Of a stretch of 64,000 nucleotides of DNA, positions 28,701-38,325 are shown piece by piece (position 1 is the first letter of the stretch; every line of letters begins with the position of its first letter). A model generated the notes under the pieces. It saw only the letters and a list, made by a program, of their open reading frames with translations, was not told the DNA's origin and made no database searches. The stretch spans positions 18,128 through 82,127 of the forward strand of contig CAYRGD010000002.1 of assembly GCA_964423885.1 (NCBI GenBank), given 5' to 3'. Source of the DNA: an uncultured Candidatus Saccharibacteria bacterium (GTDB lineage: Bacteria > Patescibacteriota > UBA1384 > JACPKC01). A program made the translations under genes and the position numbers.

Positions 28701-29893
28701 CGCAGCGCCTTGATGGGATCCAGCTTAGCGGCCCGGTAGGCCGGCGCGATCCCGAACACGAGCCCTACGATCACGCCGACACTCGCGGCGAGCGCTACGG
28801 CTGCCGGCGTGACCGCAGGCGACAGGGTCGAGAAGCGGGTCACGAGCATGGCCGCGCCGTAGGCGAGCCCGACCGCGACGGCCGATCCCAGAAGCGACAA
28901 AATCACCGATTCCACCAGGAACTGGAGCAGGATCGCGCCAGTGGTGGCGCCGACCGCTTTGCGGATCCCGATCTCTTTCGTGCGTTCCGTGACCGACACC
29001 AGCATGATGTTCATGATCCCGACGCCGGCCACCAGGAGCGAGATGGCGGCGATGCCGGTGATGGCGGCCGTGAGCAGTGTCAGCACCGTGTCGACTACGC
29101 CCACCAGGTCGTCGGACGACAGCACGCTCACCTCGTCGTCGTGGTGGCGGGCAAGGAGCGCGGACGTCACCGTTTCTTTGTACGTCTTGGTATCTACGCC
29201 GTCTTTCAAGCGGACGATCATGCGGAAGATCCGGTCGCTGCCGGCCAGGTCGTTGCTCGTGCCGTGCGGGATAAGTGTCATGGCGGCCAGGTCGCCGCTC
29301 ACGAGCGAGTTGCTTTCGCTCACCTTCGTGACGCCGATCACCGAGAAATCCTCCTTGCCGACGGTCACTTGTTTGCCGACCGGGTCGGCGTCGCCGAAGA
29401 GCGCGGTCGCGACCGTCGGCCCCAAGACGATTACCCGATCACGGCGCGTGTCCTCGGCGGGCGTGAAGAACCGCCCGCTGCCAAGCTCGATCACGCCATA
29501 GAGGTCAAGGAAATTCGGGGTGACGCCCAGAAGCAGGGCCGACGGGGCGGGCGTCGTACCGGCGCGGACCGTGCCGCCCACCAACGACATCTGGGCGACG
29601 TCGCGTACGCCCGGCAGAGCGGCGATATCGGCCGCGTCGGCCGGCTCGAGTACGTCGCCGGACAGCGCGCTGGTGTTGGGTGCGCCGCCCGACAGCTTGC
29701 CGGGAATGACGGTAAGCACGTTCGAGCCCAGGCTCGTGATCTCGTGGCTCACGTCGCGCCGCAGGCCCTCGCCCACGGCCATGAACATCACCACCGACCC
29801 GACACCGATGATAATGCCGAGCATCGTCAGGAACGACCGGGCCTTGCTGCCAAGGATCGAGCCCACGGCCATCCGTACGGTTTCGAAGATCAT
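28691..29893 (-). CDS. ABC transporter permease, MacB/FtsX family
   Basis: TM1, a large extracytoplasmic domain (MacB_PCD-like), then three C-terminal TMs with the FtsX signature (ERTKEIGIRKAVGAT). Confidence 0.85.
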   Translation of the reverse strand: MIFETVRMAVGSILGSKARSFLTMLGIIIGVGSVVMFMAVGEGLRRDVSHEITSLGSNVLTVIPGKLSGGAPNTSALSGDVLEPADAADIAALPGVRDVAQMSLVGGTVRAGTTPAPSALLLGVTPNFLDLYGVIELGSGRFFTPAEDTRRDRVIVLGPTVATALFGDADPVGKQVTVGKEDFSVIGVTKVSESNSLVSGDLAAMTLIPHGTSNDLAGSDRIFRMIVRLKDGVDTKTYKETVTSALLARHHDDEVSVLSSDDLVGVVDTVLTLLTAAITGIAAISLLVAGVGIMNIMLVSVTERTKEIGIRKAVGATTGAILLQFLVESVILSLLGSAVAVGLAYGAAMLVTRFSTLSPAVTPAAVALAASVGVIVGLVFGIAPAYRAAKLDPIKALRWE

Positions 29894-30576
29894 CGCAGCC
29901 TCCCGTCCTTCATCTCGAGCACTTGGTGGGCGAGCGCGGCCACGCCGTGGTCGTGGGTCACGATCACGATCGTCTGGCCGTCGCGGTTCAAGTCCTGCAA
30001 GAGCTTCAAGACCAATGCGCCGTTGTCCGAATCCAGGTTGCCAGTCGGTTCGTCGGCCAGCAGTACCTTCGGCGAGTTGATGAGTGATCGCGCGATCGCG
30101 ACGCGTTGCTGTTCGCCGCCGGACAGCTGGTTGGGGCGGTGGTGGAGCCGGTGGGCGAGGCCGACGGTTTTCAACAGGTAGCGGGCCCGCTCGCGCCGGT
30201 TCGGCAGGCGGCTGTAGATGGCCGGCATCGCGACGTTGTCGAGCGCGCTCTGGCGCGGCAGCAAATTAAATTGCTGGAAGATGAACCCGAGCTTTTCGCG
30301 CCGCAGCCGCGCCCGGTCGTCGTCACTCTGCAAGTCCTCGGTGGGTGCGCCGTCGAGCTTGTACTGGCCGCTGCTTGGGCGGTCTAAGAGGCCGATCAGG
30401 TTAAGTACCGTACTCTTGCCCGACCCGCTCGGCCCGATGACCGCAGTGATCGAGCCCGCCGGGATCGCGAACGAGATCCCGCGCACGGCATGCGTTTTAG
30501 CGTTGCCCTCGCCGTAGGTCTTGCTCACGTCGTCGAACGTGATCACGGGCGGAGCCGGCGGCAGGGGGCGGGTCAT
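29890..30576 (-). CDS. ABC transporter ATP-binding protein (MacB/LolD-type)
   Basis: Walker A GPSGSGKST, signature LSGGEQQRVAIARSL, Walker B LLADEPTGNLD. Start at MTRPLPP; the ATG overlaps the ogt stop (ATGA). The track ORF carries a 40-codon non-conserved extension. Confidence 0.9.
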   Translation of the reverse strand: MTRPLPPAPPVITFDDVSKTYGEGNAKTHAVRGISFAIPAGSITAVIGPSGSGKSTVLNLIGLLDRPSSGQYKLDGAPTEDLQSDDDRARLRREKLGFIFQQFNLLPRQSALDNVAMPAIYSRLPNRRERARYLLKTVGLAHRLHHRPNQLSGGEQQRVAIARSLINSPKVLLADEPTGNLDSDNGALVLKLLQDLNRDGQTIVIVTHDHGVAALAHQVLEMKDGRLR

Positions 30577-30881
30577 CGCGCTACCGTCCGGTCGGCGCCG
30601 ATCCGCCAACCCTCGGCCGTCAACAAGGCGATCTTGGCGTCGGTACCGCCGTTGAAGCCGCCCAGGCGTCGGCTGGCCGCGACCACCCGGTGGCACGGCA
30701 CTGCGTCGGGATCGCCGGCAGCGGTCACAAAGGACTTGGGATTACCGCGCATGATCGCGCCGACTGCCCGGGCCGCCTTGGGGTTGCCGGCAGCAGCCGC
30801 CACCTCACCGTAGGTCATCACCTGGCCGCTCGGGATCGAACGGACCACGGCGTACACCTGTTCCTTAAACGCACTGTTCAT
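30573..30881 (-). CDS. ogt: methylated-DNA--protein-cysteine methyltransferase (DNA-binding/active-site domain only)
   Basis: ~100 aa with MTYGEVAAAAG...PCHRVV (PCHR active-site cysteine motif) and a helix-turn-helix. GGAGG RBS. ATGA overlaps at both ends. Confidence 0.8.
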   Translation of the reverse strand: MNSAFKEQVYAVVRSIPSGQVMTYGEVAAAAGNPKAARAVGAIMRGNPKSFVTAAGDPDAVPCHRVVAASRRLGGFNGGTDAKIALLTAEGWRIGADRTVAR

Positions 30882-31387
30882 GCTGCCTCCGGGACTGCGG
30901 CCGCGGCCGCTTTCGGTTCGGTTGATTTGAGTACCACGATCCGCTTGGGCGTTACTTTGACGATCTCGTCGCGGCTGATCACCCGTTCGGGCCCGAACAG
31001 CTTGTTGACGTGGAGCTTGGCGACCCGTTCCAAGTCGGTATCCACGACTACGTCGGCCACGGTGCCGAGCACGTCGCCGTCCTCGCTTTCCACCTTCTTG
31101 CCCTGCCACCGGTCGCGCTGCGCGTATACCGCTTTGAACGGTTGGACGTCGTCAGGAGACACGAGCACGTCGGCGGTGCGGATCACGATCCCGCGCTCTT
31201 CATACCCCACCACGTCGCGCGCCGATAGCGCCCGCCGCGCCGCGAACCAGCCGGCAGGTTTCACCCAAAAGCCCACGACCTCGCCGGTACGTGGGTGGAT
31301 GAGTGTCCCGTCAATCATCCCGACGGCGGATTCGGTATCCAACGTCGCTACGGGAATGCCCTGTAAGTGGCTGGCTTCGATGAGCAT
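30878..31387 (-). CDS. PRC-barrel domain protein (two PRC-like repeats), first gene of the operon
   Basis: Two ~75-aa repeats with the G.V.D...D..G.V.G.V pattern of PRC barrels. Preceded by TGGTAGCAT-N6-ATG (leaderless-type promoter). Confidence 0.65.
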   Translation of the reverse strand: MLIEASHLQGIPVATLDTESAVGMIDGTLIHPRTGEVVGFWVKPAGWFAARRALSARDVVGYEERGIVIRTADVLVSPDDVQPFKAVYAQRDRWQGKKVESEDGDVLGTVADVVVDTDLERVAKLHVNKLFGPERVISRDEIVKVTPKRIVVLKSTEPKAAAAAVPEAA

Positions 31388-31470
31388 GTATCCATGCTAC
31401 CACCACCGGCCCGCTCGACATACTCCGGCAGGTGCTGCGATACTGGAGCCAACCAAGGAGGTACCGCTTC

Positions 31471-34044
31471 ATGACGCACCGACGACTACTTGCGCTGGTA
31501 TTGCTCGTATCCCTCCAAGCACTAGGTCTCCAGATCACAGCCCCGAGCCGTGACGACACTGCTACGGCCGCCGCCCAATCCGCCTTCGCCAACCTCCCCC
31601 TCGCCTTCGAACCCAACCTCGGCCAGGCCGAGGATTCGGTGGATTTTGTAGTCCATCACGGCCAAGCCGTGACCGCCTTCTCCAGTACCGGTACCACGAC
31701 AAGTGTGGGCGGCACGCAGGTGACGATGTCGCTTACCGGTGCTGCGGAACAGCAATTCGCCGGTACCGACGAACTCCCGAGCAAGACGAACTACTTTCTG
31801 GGGAACGACCAGTCGAAGTGGCAATCGGATATCCCAAACTACGGCAAGCTGCTGGCCAAGGACGTGTATCCCGGCATCGACCTCGCTTACTACGGGACGA
31901 ACTCACAGCTGGAACACGACTTCATCGTGGCCCCGGGCGTCGATTACAAGCAGATCGCCTTCGGCTTTGCCGGGCAGGACGATCTGTCGCTCGATGACAA
32001 CGGGAACCTTGTCCTCAAAGCGGGCGACGAGATGCTGACCCTCAACGCCCCGGTCACGTACCAGACCGACACCAATTCGAAACACACCATCCCGAGCAGC
32101 TTCGAGCTCAACGGCGGCACCGTCACGGTCGCGGTGGCTGACGCGTATGATCCCGCGAAGCCACTGATCATCGACCCGGTGTTGTCGCTTGTGTATTCGA
32201 CGTATTTGGGAGGGAACGGGGATGATCTTGGCAATGCTATCGCAGTCGATCCTTCTGGAAACACGTATGCGATTGGTCAGACCACCTCGGCCGACTTTCC
32301 GACCAGTTCACCATTTCAAGGTAGTAAGGGCGCGGGGATTGACGTTTATATTACAAAACTCAATCCGACCGGTTCTTCCCTCGTGTATGCAACATATTTG
32401 GGCGGGAGTGGGCATGACATTGGTCGTGGGATCGCGGTGGATATTTCAGGAAACGCCTACGTCACAGGGCAGACCGGCTCGACCAATTTCCCAACCAGTT
32501 CGCCGTTCCAGGCGGCAAATGCAGGCGCGACCAATGTCTTTGTTGCTAAGCTCAATGCGGCTGGTTCAGCGCTGACGTACTCAACCTATCTCGGCGGTAG
32601 TGCTAATGATCTTGGATACAGTATTGCTATCGATGCGGGTGGCAGCGCATATATAACTGGGTCTGCTGGGTCGGCCAACTTTCCAACTGCCTCGCCGTTT
32701 CAAGGAAGTAGGGTGGGTGGCCCAGATGCCTTCGTGACGAAATTGAACGCGGCTGGTTCAGCGCTTGTCTATTCGACATATTTAGGCGGGTCGTTAACTG
32801 ATCAAGGAGAGAGGATCGCAGTAGATAGTGGCGGGAATGCTTATGTAGCCGGCTGGTCGGATAGTAGCAATTTCCCCACAGCGTCACCCATTCAGGCAAG
32901 CAAGGCGGGGAACGATGATGCGATTGTTTTCAAATTCAATCCGTCCGGCTCATCGCTCGTCTATTCAACGTATTTGGGCGGTACGGCGTTTGATCATGGG
33001 TATGGCTTGGCAATTGACAGCTCGGGCAGCGCATATGTAGTCGGCAGAACTGCGTCGACGAACTTCCCAACCGTATCGCCGTTTCAGAGCACGAATGCTG
33101 GCGGCGCAGATGACATTTTCATCACGAAGGTAAATGCTGCTGGCTCAGTCTGGGCATATTCAACGTACCTTGGTGGAAGTGGGGATGACTGGGGGCGTGG
33201 GGTCGACCTTGATACGTCAGGTAACTTCTATGTAACCGGCTGGACTTCGTCGACAAACTTCCCAACGGCGTCTGCGCTTCAGAATACGAATGGCGGCGGT
33301 AGCTATGATGTGTTCGTCGCGAAATTCAATGCGGCTGGTTCGTCGCTCGGCTACTCAACCTACCTCGGTGGCAGTGGAGATGAGCTTGGATATGGGATCG
33401 CGCTTGGTTTAAATGGCAACGCAAACGTCATCGGCCACACTGCGTCAACCAATTTTCCGACCAGCTTGCCGTATCAATCCACGAATAACGGTGGGGCATA
33501 CGATGCCTTCGTGTTCCAACTCACCGAACACAATGTGGATCTTGAAGCCCGTGTGAACCCGACCCTCACCTTCACCGTCGGGAGTACGAGTTGCGCGCTC
33601 GGCGCACTCTCGACCACCCAGACCCGGCAGTGCACGTACACAATGTCGGCAGCCACGAACGGGCAATCCGGGTACGGTATTTCGTACCTGCCAGCTGCGA
33701 CGTTAACCAGTGGCGGGAATACGATTACAGCGCTAGGTTCTCCGACTGCCAGTACGCTCAATACCGAACAGTTCGGGTTGAACTTGGCTGCGAACACCGC
33801 TGCTGGCTCGCATACGGCAACGGACTTCGGGGCGGCTCCGAGCGGCGGCGTTGGTGCTGCGGCAGCCAACTACGCTACGGCCAACTCGTTCAAGTTCGCC
33901 ACTGCCGGTGAGCAAGTCGCCTCGTCGGCCGGTCCGTCGCTTGCGACCACGTACACCGTGTCGACCATTGCCAACATCGGGAACACGACGGAGGCCGGGG
34001 TATATAGCACGATGGTGACGTTCAATGTGGTGGCAGGGTACTAG
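31471..34044 (+). CDS. secreted beta-propeller-repeat (SBBP-type) protein, ~858 aa
   Basis: Signal peptide (MTHRRLLALVLLVSLQALG), then ~10 tandem ~50-aa repeats of YSTYLGGSGDDxGxGIAVDxSGNAYVTGxTxSxNFPTxSPFQ. AAGGAGG RBS before the ATG at 31471. Confidence 0.75.
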   Translation: MTHRRLLALVLLVSLQALGLQITAPSRDDTATAAAQSAFANLPLAFEPNLGQAEDSVDFVVHHGQAVTAFSSTGTTTSVGGTQVTMSLTGAAEQQFAGTDELPSKTNYFLGNDQSKWQSDIPNYGKLLAKDVYPGIDLAYYGTNSQLEHDFIVAPGVDYKQIAFGFAGQDDLSLDDNGNLVLKAGDEMLTLNAPVTYQTDTNSKHTIPSSFELNGGTVTVAVADAYDPAKPLIIDPVLSLVYSTYLGGNGDDLGNAIAVDPSGNTYAIGQTTSADFPTSSPFQGSKGAGIDVYITKLNPTGSSLVYATYLGGSGHDIGRGIAVDISGNAYVTGQTGSTNFPTSSPFQAANAGATNVFVAKLNAAGSALTYSTYLGGSANDLGYSIAIDAGGSAYITGSAGSANFPTASPFQGSRVGGPDAFVTKLNAAGSALVYSTYLGGSLTDQGERIAVDSGGNAYVAGWSDSSNFPTASPIQASKAGNDDAIVFKFNPSGSSLVYSTYLGGTAFDHGYGLAIDSSGSAYVVGRTASTNFPTVSPFQSTNAGGADDIFITKVNAAGSVWAYSTYLGGSGDDWGRGVDLDTSGNFYVTGWTSSTNFPTASALQNTNGGGSYDVFVAKFNAAGSSLGYSTYLGGSGDELGYGIALGLNGNANVIGHTASTNFPTSLPYQSTNNGGAYDAFVFQLTEHNVDLEARVNPTLTFTVGSTSCALGALSTTQTRQCTYTMSAATNGQSGYGISYLPAATLTSGGNTITALGSPTASTLNTEQFGLNLAANTAAGSHTATDFGAAPSGGVGAAAANYATANSFKFATAGEQVASSAGPSLATTYTVSTIANIGNTTEAGVYSTMVTFNVVAGY
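32190..33480 (+). repeat. tandem ~150-bp coding repeats (beta-propeller blades) within the SBBP gene
   Basis: Repeated YSTYLGG...NFPT...KLN..GS units are visible in the translation. The DNA copies are divergent but periodic. Confidence 0.6.
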
Positions 34045-34102
34045 CCGAAGGCTTGCCAACGCCGCGGGATCGCCTAGAGTCTAGGAACAAAGCGAGGGAA
34101 CC

Positions 34103-35314
34103 ATGCTCATCCAATCGGTTGTCGGACGGAAAATCCTGGATTCACGGGCGAACTGGACGTTGGAAGTCGAGGTGCACGGCGACGACGGCACCGTGGGGCG
34201 GGCTGCCGTCCCGTCGGGCGCGGCCGCCGGGACGTACGAGGCAGTGAAGCTCACTGACATCGACCAGGCGGTGGGGAACGTGCAGGGGATCGCGTCGTCG
34301 CTCGTGGGCAAGGCGCTCACCGCCCAGGCCGATATCGACCAGACCCTGATCGGCCTCGACGGCACGGCCGACAAGTCGAACCTGGGCGCGAACGTGCTCT
34401 ACGGCATTTCGATGGCCGCGGCCGCAGCGGCCGCCTCGGCGCAGGGGATCGCGCTCTACCAGTGGATCCAGCAGCTGTCCGGTCACGCCAACCCCAGCCT
34501 GCCCGATCCGTTGTTCAACCTTATCAACGGCGGCAAACATGCCAACAACAACCTGCCGTTCCAGGAGTTCTGCATCGCGCCCAAACCCGGCGCGTCGTTC
34601 ACCGACCAGCTGGCGATGGGGCTTGCGGTCGCCCGGTCGCTCAAGGAACTGCTGCACGAGCGCGGCCACAGCACCACCGTGGGCGACGAAGGCGGCTACG
34701 CGCCGTGGATCCACCGCAACGAAGAGGCGCTCGACCTGTTGGTGGAGGCGATCCAGGCCGCCGGCTACCAGCCGGGCACGGATATCGCGCTGGCGCTCGA
34801 CGTGGCGGCGAGCAACATTCCCGACCTGACCGCCATCACGTACCCGATGCGCTCGGTCGACTACTACGCCAAGCTCACCGAGCAATATCCGATCACGGTG
34901 CTCGAAGATCCGCTCGACCAAGAGGACTGGGCCGGCTGGAGCGAGCTCACCAAGCAGTTGGGCGGCCGGCTGACCGTGGTCGGCGACGACCTGTTCGCGA
35001 CCAACGCCGCGCGGCTTGGGCGTGGGATTACCGAGCGCGCCGCCAACGGGATCTTGGTGAAACCCGACGACGTCGGCACGCTCACCGAGGTGCTGGCGAC
35101 GGTCAAGCTCGCCCAGACCAACAACTACAAGGTGCTCATTTCGCACCGTGCGGGCGAGACGGAGTCGACGCTCATCGCCGACTTGGCAGTGGGTATCGGC
35201 GCGGCGTTCTTGAAAGCCGGCGGCCTGTCGCGCAGCGAGCGCACGGCCAAGTACAACCAGCTGAAGCGGATTGCGGGTGTGTTGAGCGAAACCGGCGCCA
35301 AGAGCTGGGCGTAA
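34103..35314 (+). CDS. eno: enolase (divergent, short form)
   Basis: N-terminal ILDSRANWTLEVEV and C-terminal ISHRAGETESTLIADLAV...KYNQLKRI motifs. 403 aa, shorter than the canonical ~430. Confidence 0.88.
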   Translation: MLIQSVVGRKILDSRANWTLEVEVHGDDGTVGRAAVPSGAAAGTYEAVKLTDIDQAVGNVQGIASSLVGKALTAQADIDQTLIGLDGTADKSNLGANVLYGISMAAAAAAASAQGIALYQWIQQLSGHANPSLPDPLFNLINGGKHANNNLPFQEFCIAPKPGASFTDQLAMGLAVARSLKELLHERGHSTTVGDEGGYAPWIHRNEEALDLLVEAIQAAGYQPGTDIALALDVAASNIPDLTAITYPMRSVDYYAKLTEQYPITVLEDPLDQEDWAGWSELTKQLGGRLTVVGDDLFATNAARLGRGITERAANGILVKPDDVGTLTEVLATVKLAQTNNYKVLISHRAGETESTLIADLAVGIGAAFLKAGGLSRSERTAKYNQLKRIAGVLSETGAKSWA

Positions 35315-35374
35315 GCGGGTACGCGGACGGGCTCCGATCGGAGCCCGTTGTTGTGCGATGGCGCAGCGTGCCGG

Positions 35375-35938
35375 TTAGCCGTTGACGCGTTCGACGTATT
35401 CGCCGGTAACGGTGCTGACGCGTACGGTTTCGCCCTGCTTGATGAAGAGCGGAACGTTCACTTCGAGCCCGGTTTCCAAGGTGGCCGGCTTCAATGTGCC
35501 GGACTGGGTGTCGCCCTTGAAGCCCGGTTCGGTGTAGGTGATCACGAGGTCGACCTTGGCGGGCAGTTCCACGGCCAGGATCTGGCTGTTGTAGAGCATG
35601 AGGTTGAGTTCCAAGCCTTCTTTGAGGTACTTCGCGTCGCTGCCGAGCTTCGCGAGGCCGATCTCATGCTGCTCGAACGACTCGGCTTCCATGAAGGTGG
35701 CGTTCGTGCCGTCGGCGTAGAGGAACTGGCCCTTGCGACGGGCGATGTCGGCTTCGTCGAACTGTTCGCTGCCCTTGAAGGTGCGTTCGTAGACGGCGCC
35801 GGTGAGCAGGTTGCGGATCTTGGTGCGCAGAACCGCGCCGGCCCGGCCGGTTTTGGAATGTTCGTAGGACAGTACCTGGTGCGGTACGGCGTCGAGCTCG
35901 AAGAACGTACCTGTTTTCAGGTCGGTGATCGAAAGCAT
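35375..35938 (-). CDS. efp: elongation factor P
   Basis: 187 aa. KGSEQ loop region and three-domain EF-P pattern (KPATLETG...VPLFI). Confidence 0.95.
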   Translation of the reverse strand: MLSITDLKTGTFFELDAVPHQVLSYEHSKTGRAGAVLRTKIRNLLTGAVYERTFKGSEQFDEADIARRKGQFLYADGTNATFMEAESFEQHEIGLAKLGSDAKYLKEGLELNLMLYNSQILAVELPAKVDLVITYTEPGFKGDTQSGTLKPATLETGLEVNVPLFIKQGETVRVSTVTGEYVERVNG

Positions 35939-35944
35939 CGGGAA

Positions 35945-36160
35945 TTACCGGGTGGCGTAGGGGACGAGCGCCAGGAACCGGCCGCGCTTGACCGCTTCGG
36001 CCAGGAGTCGCTGGTGGCGGGCGCAGGTGCCGGTGTCCTTGGCCGTGCGGATCTTGCTCCACGTGCCCATGTGGCGGCGGAGCAGGCCGGCGTCCTTATA
36101 GTCGATCCATTCGACGTGCTTGCGGCAGAACTGGCAGGTCCGTTTGCGTTGCTGAGCCAT
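35945..36160 (-). CDS. rpsR: 30S ribosomal protein S18
   Basis: 71 aa, CQFCRKHVEWIDYKD...RFLALVPY. Confidence 0.95.
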   Translation of the reverse strand: MAQQRKRTCQFCRKHVEWIDYKDAGLLRRHMGTWSKIRTAKDTGTCARHQRLLAEAVKRGRFLALVPYATR

Positions 36161-36172
36161 AAAAGTCCTTCG

Positions 36173-36661
36173 TTAGAACGGGATGTCGTCGAGGTTGATT
36201 TCGTCCGGTACGGTGGCCGGGGCCTCGGCTGGGTTGGTAGCTCCCTCTTTCGCGGCGGTTTTCTTCGGTGCCATGCTCGGCATGGCCGGGGCGTCCATCG
36301 CGCCGCCCTCGCCAGACTGGTCGCCGTGCCGGCTCGGGCCGGTGGCGCTCAGCTGGTCGGCGATGACTTCGGTGGAGTAGCGCTTGATGCCGTCCTGGCC
36401 TTCCCACTGGCGGGTGCGCAGCCGGCCGACCACCAGCACCTTGCGGCCCTTGTACAGGATCTGGCCGCAGATTTCGGCCAACTTGCCCCAGGCGACGATG
36501 TTATGGAATTCGGTCTCTTCCTGTTGCTGGCCGTCTTTGTTGGTCCAGCGGCGGTTGGTGGCGATCGAGAACGAAGCGACGGTCGCGCCGCTCGTAGTCG
36601 AGCGCAGTTCCGGATCTTTCGTCAGGTTGCCGAGAATGATCGCCTGGTTGAAATCCGCCAT
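36173..36661 (-). CDS. ssb: single-stranded DNA-binding protein
   Basis: OB-fold N-terminus (MADFNQAIILGNLTKDPELR...FHNIVAWGKLAE), Gly/Pro-rich linker and acidic C-terminal tip DDIPF. Confidence 0.95.
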   Translation of the reverse strand: MADFNQAIILGNLTKDPELRSTTSGATVASFSIATNRRWTNKDGQQQEETEFHNIVAWGKLAEICGQILYKGRKVLVVGRLRTRQWEGQDGIKRYSTEVIADQLSATGPSRHGDQSGEGGAMDAPAMPSMAPKKTAAKEGATNPAEAPATVPDEINLDDIPF

Positions 36662-36676
36662 ACCGCCTCCTTGGTA

Positions 36677-37141
36677 TTACTGCTCGAGCGGGGCGTCGGC
36701 CGGGCCGGCGTCGTCGCTCAAGAGCTTGTCGAGTTGTTCGTCGAGCTTCTTCGACCGTTCCTTGTCGTCGGCGGCCGGGGCTGCGGGAGCGGTTTCACCG
36801 CCGAGCTCCTTGGCTTCTTTGAGTTCCTCGCCTTCGTCGAGCGAGGCGGACAGCTTGGCGACCGGCAGCGAGACCAGCAGATGCCGCAACAGGTCGGACA
36901 TCAGACGGAATTCCTTGGTGAGCTGGGCGGTGGCGGCGGGGTCGAGGGACAGCTGGTAGGCGGTGTAGAACCCGGCCGTTTCTTTGTTGATCGGGTATGC
37001 GAAACTGCGCCGCCCCAGGCTGTGCTGGGCAACAATCGTGCCGCCGGCGCGCGCAATCGCCTGCTCGACGGCAGGAAGCTGTTCGTCTCGGGTGATCGTG
37101 GTCAGTTCGTAGTCTCGTACGCTCACGGTGCTCCTTGGACT
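36677..37141 (-). CDS. rpsF: 30S ribosomal protein S6 (GTG start) with acidic C-terminal extension
   Basis: VRDYELTTIT...GGTIVAQHSLGRRSFAYPI. AAGGAG RBS followed by GTG. The track ORF has a 22-codon non-conserved extension. Confidence 0.85.
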   Translation of the reverse strand, partial: SPRSTVSVRDYELTTITRDEQLPAVEQAIARAGGTIVAQHSLGRRSFAYPINKETAGFYTAYQLSLDPAATAQLTKEFRLMSDLLRHLLVSLPVAKLSASLDEGEELKEAKELGGETAPAAPAADDKERSKKLDEQLDKLLSDDAGPADAPLEQ

Positions 37142-37209
37142 TGCATATCGCCGCACGCTCACAGGTGCAGTACCCGCGACTCTACCAGGTGGCGCCTCGG
37201 TTGGCAAGC

Positions 37210-38313
37210 TTACACGTTGAACTTGAACTCGATCACGTCGCCGTCGCGGACGACGTACTCCTTGCCTTCTTGGCGGAGCTTGCCGGCGGTGCGGGCGCCG
37301 GCCTCGCCGTTGCCAGCCACGTAGTCGCTGAACCCGATCACCTCGGCCTTGATGAAGCCGCGCTCGAAGTCGGTGTGGATGACGCCGGCCGCTTGGGGCG
37401 CACTCGCCTGGCGGGGGATCGTCCAGGCACGGACTTCTTTGACGCCGGCGGTGAAGTACGTGTGCAGGCCGAGTAGGGCGAAGGCCTCGCGGATCAGGCG
37501 GTTGAGTCCCGGTTCAGTCAGACCCAGCTCCCCCAAAAATTCGGTTTGCTCGGCAGGGGAGAGCTCGGCGACTTCCTGCTCGATCTTGGCCGAAATCGGG
37601 ACGATCGTGGCGGTCGCGAGGTCGGGCCGGCCGGCACGCAGCGCGTCGACCCGCTCCCCTCCCCTGGCGGCGGCCGACTCGTCGACATTCAAGACAAACA
37701 TGAGCGGCTTGGCGGTTAGGAGCTGCAGGCCATGGAGGAGCGGGCGTTCGGCGTCGGCAAGGGGAAGCGAGCGCACTCCCCTGCCTTGGTCGAGTTCGGC
37801 CTTGAGGCGGGCGAGCAGGTCGCGGAGCAGCACGGCGTCCTTGTTCCCCGCTTTCACTTGGCCGTCGATCCCCTGGAGCCGTTTGTCGACCGTTGCCAAA
37901 TCCGCCAATGCCAGCTCGGTTTCGATCGTCTCGATGTCGCTTAGAGGATCGACCGCGCCGGCCACGTGGGTGACGTTCGGGTCGGTAAAGTCGCGCACGA
38001 CCATGGCGCTCGCGTCGACCTCGCGGATGTGGGCCAGGAACTTGTTGCCCAGGGCGTCGCCCTTGGAGGCGCCGCGCACCAGGCCGGCGATGTCGACGAA
38101 GGTGACGGTCGCGGGGACTACCCGTTCCGGGTGGATGATCGCTGCCAGCTGATCGAGCCGCGGATCAGGCAGGTCGACGATCCCGATATTGGGTTCGATC
38201 GTGGTGAACGGGAAGTTCGACGCCTGCGCGCTCATTTTTTTGACGAGCGCGTTGAAGAGCGTCGATTTCCCGACGTTCGGCAGGCCGACGATACCGATTT
38301 TGAGCGATGACAT
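37210..38313 (-). CDS. ychF: ribosome-binding ATPase YchF (Obg-family GTPase)
   Basis: MSSLKIGIVGLPNVGKSTLFNAL, DIAGLV, and the C-terminal TGS domain. TGATACACT-N6-ATG upstream. Confidence 0.95.
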   Translation of the reverse strand: MSSLKIGIVGLPNVGKSTLFNALVKKMSAQASNFPFTTIEPNIGIVDLPDPRLDQLAAIIHPERVVPATVTFVDIAGLVRGASKGDALGNKFLAHIREVDASAMVVRDFTDPNVTHVAGAVDPLSDIETIETELALADLATVDKRLQGIDGQVKAGNKDAVLLRDLLARLKAELDQGRGVRSLPLADAERPLLHGLQLLTAKPLMFVLNVDESAAARGGERVDALRAGRPDLATATIVPISAKIEQEVAELSPAEQTEFLGELGLTEPGLNRLIREAFALLGLHTYFTAGVKEVRAWTIPRQASAPQAAGVIHTDFERGFIKAEVIGFSDYVAGNGEAGARTAGKLRQEGKEYVVRDGDVIEFKFNV

Positions 38314-38325
38314 GGCGGGAGTGTA

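Noticed and set aside
35348-37324. 658-aa plus-strand ORF
   Set aside because: Antisense of efp-rpsR-ssb-rpsF, all clearly recognisable on the minus strand.
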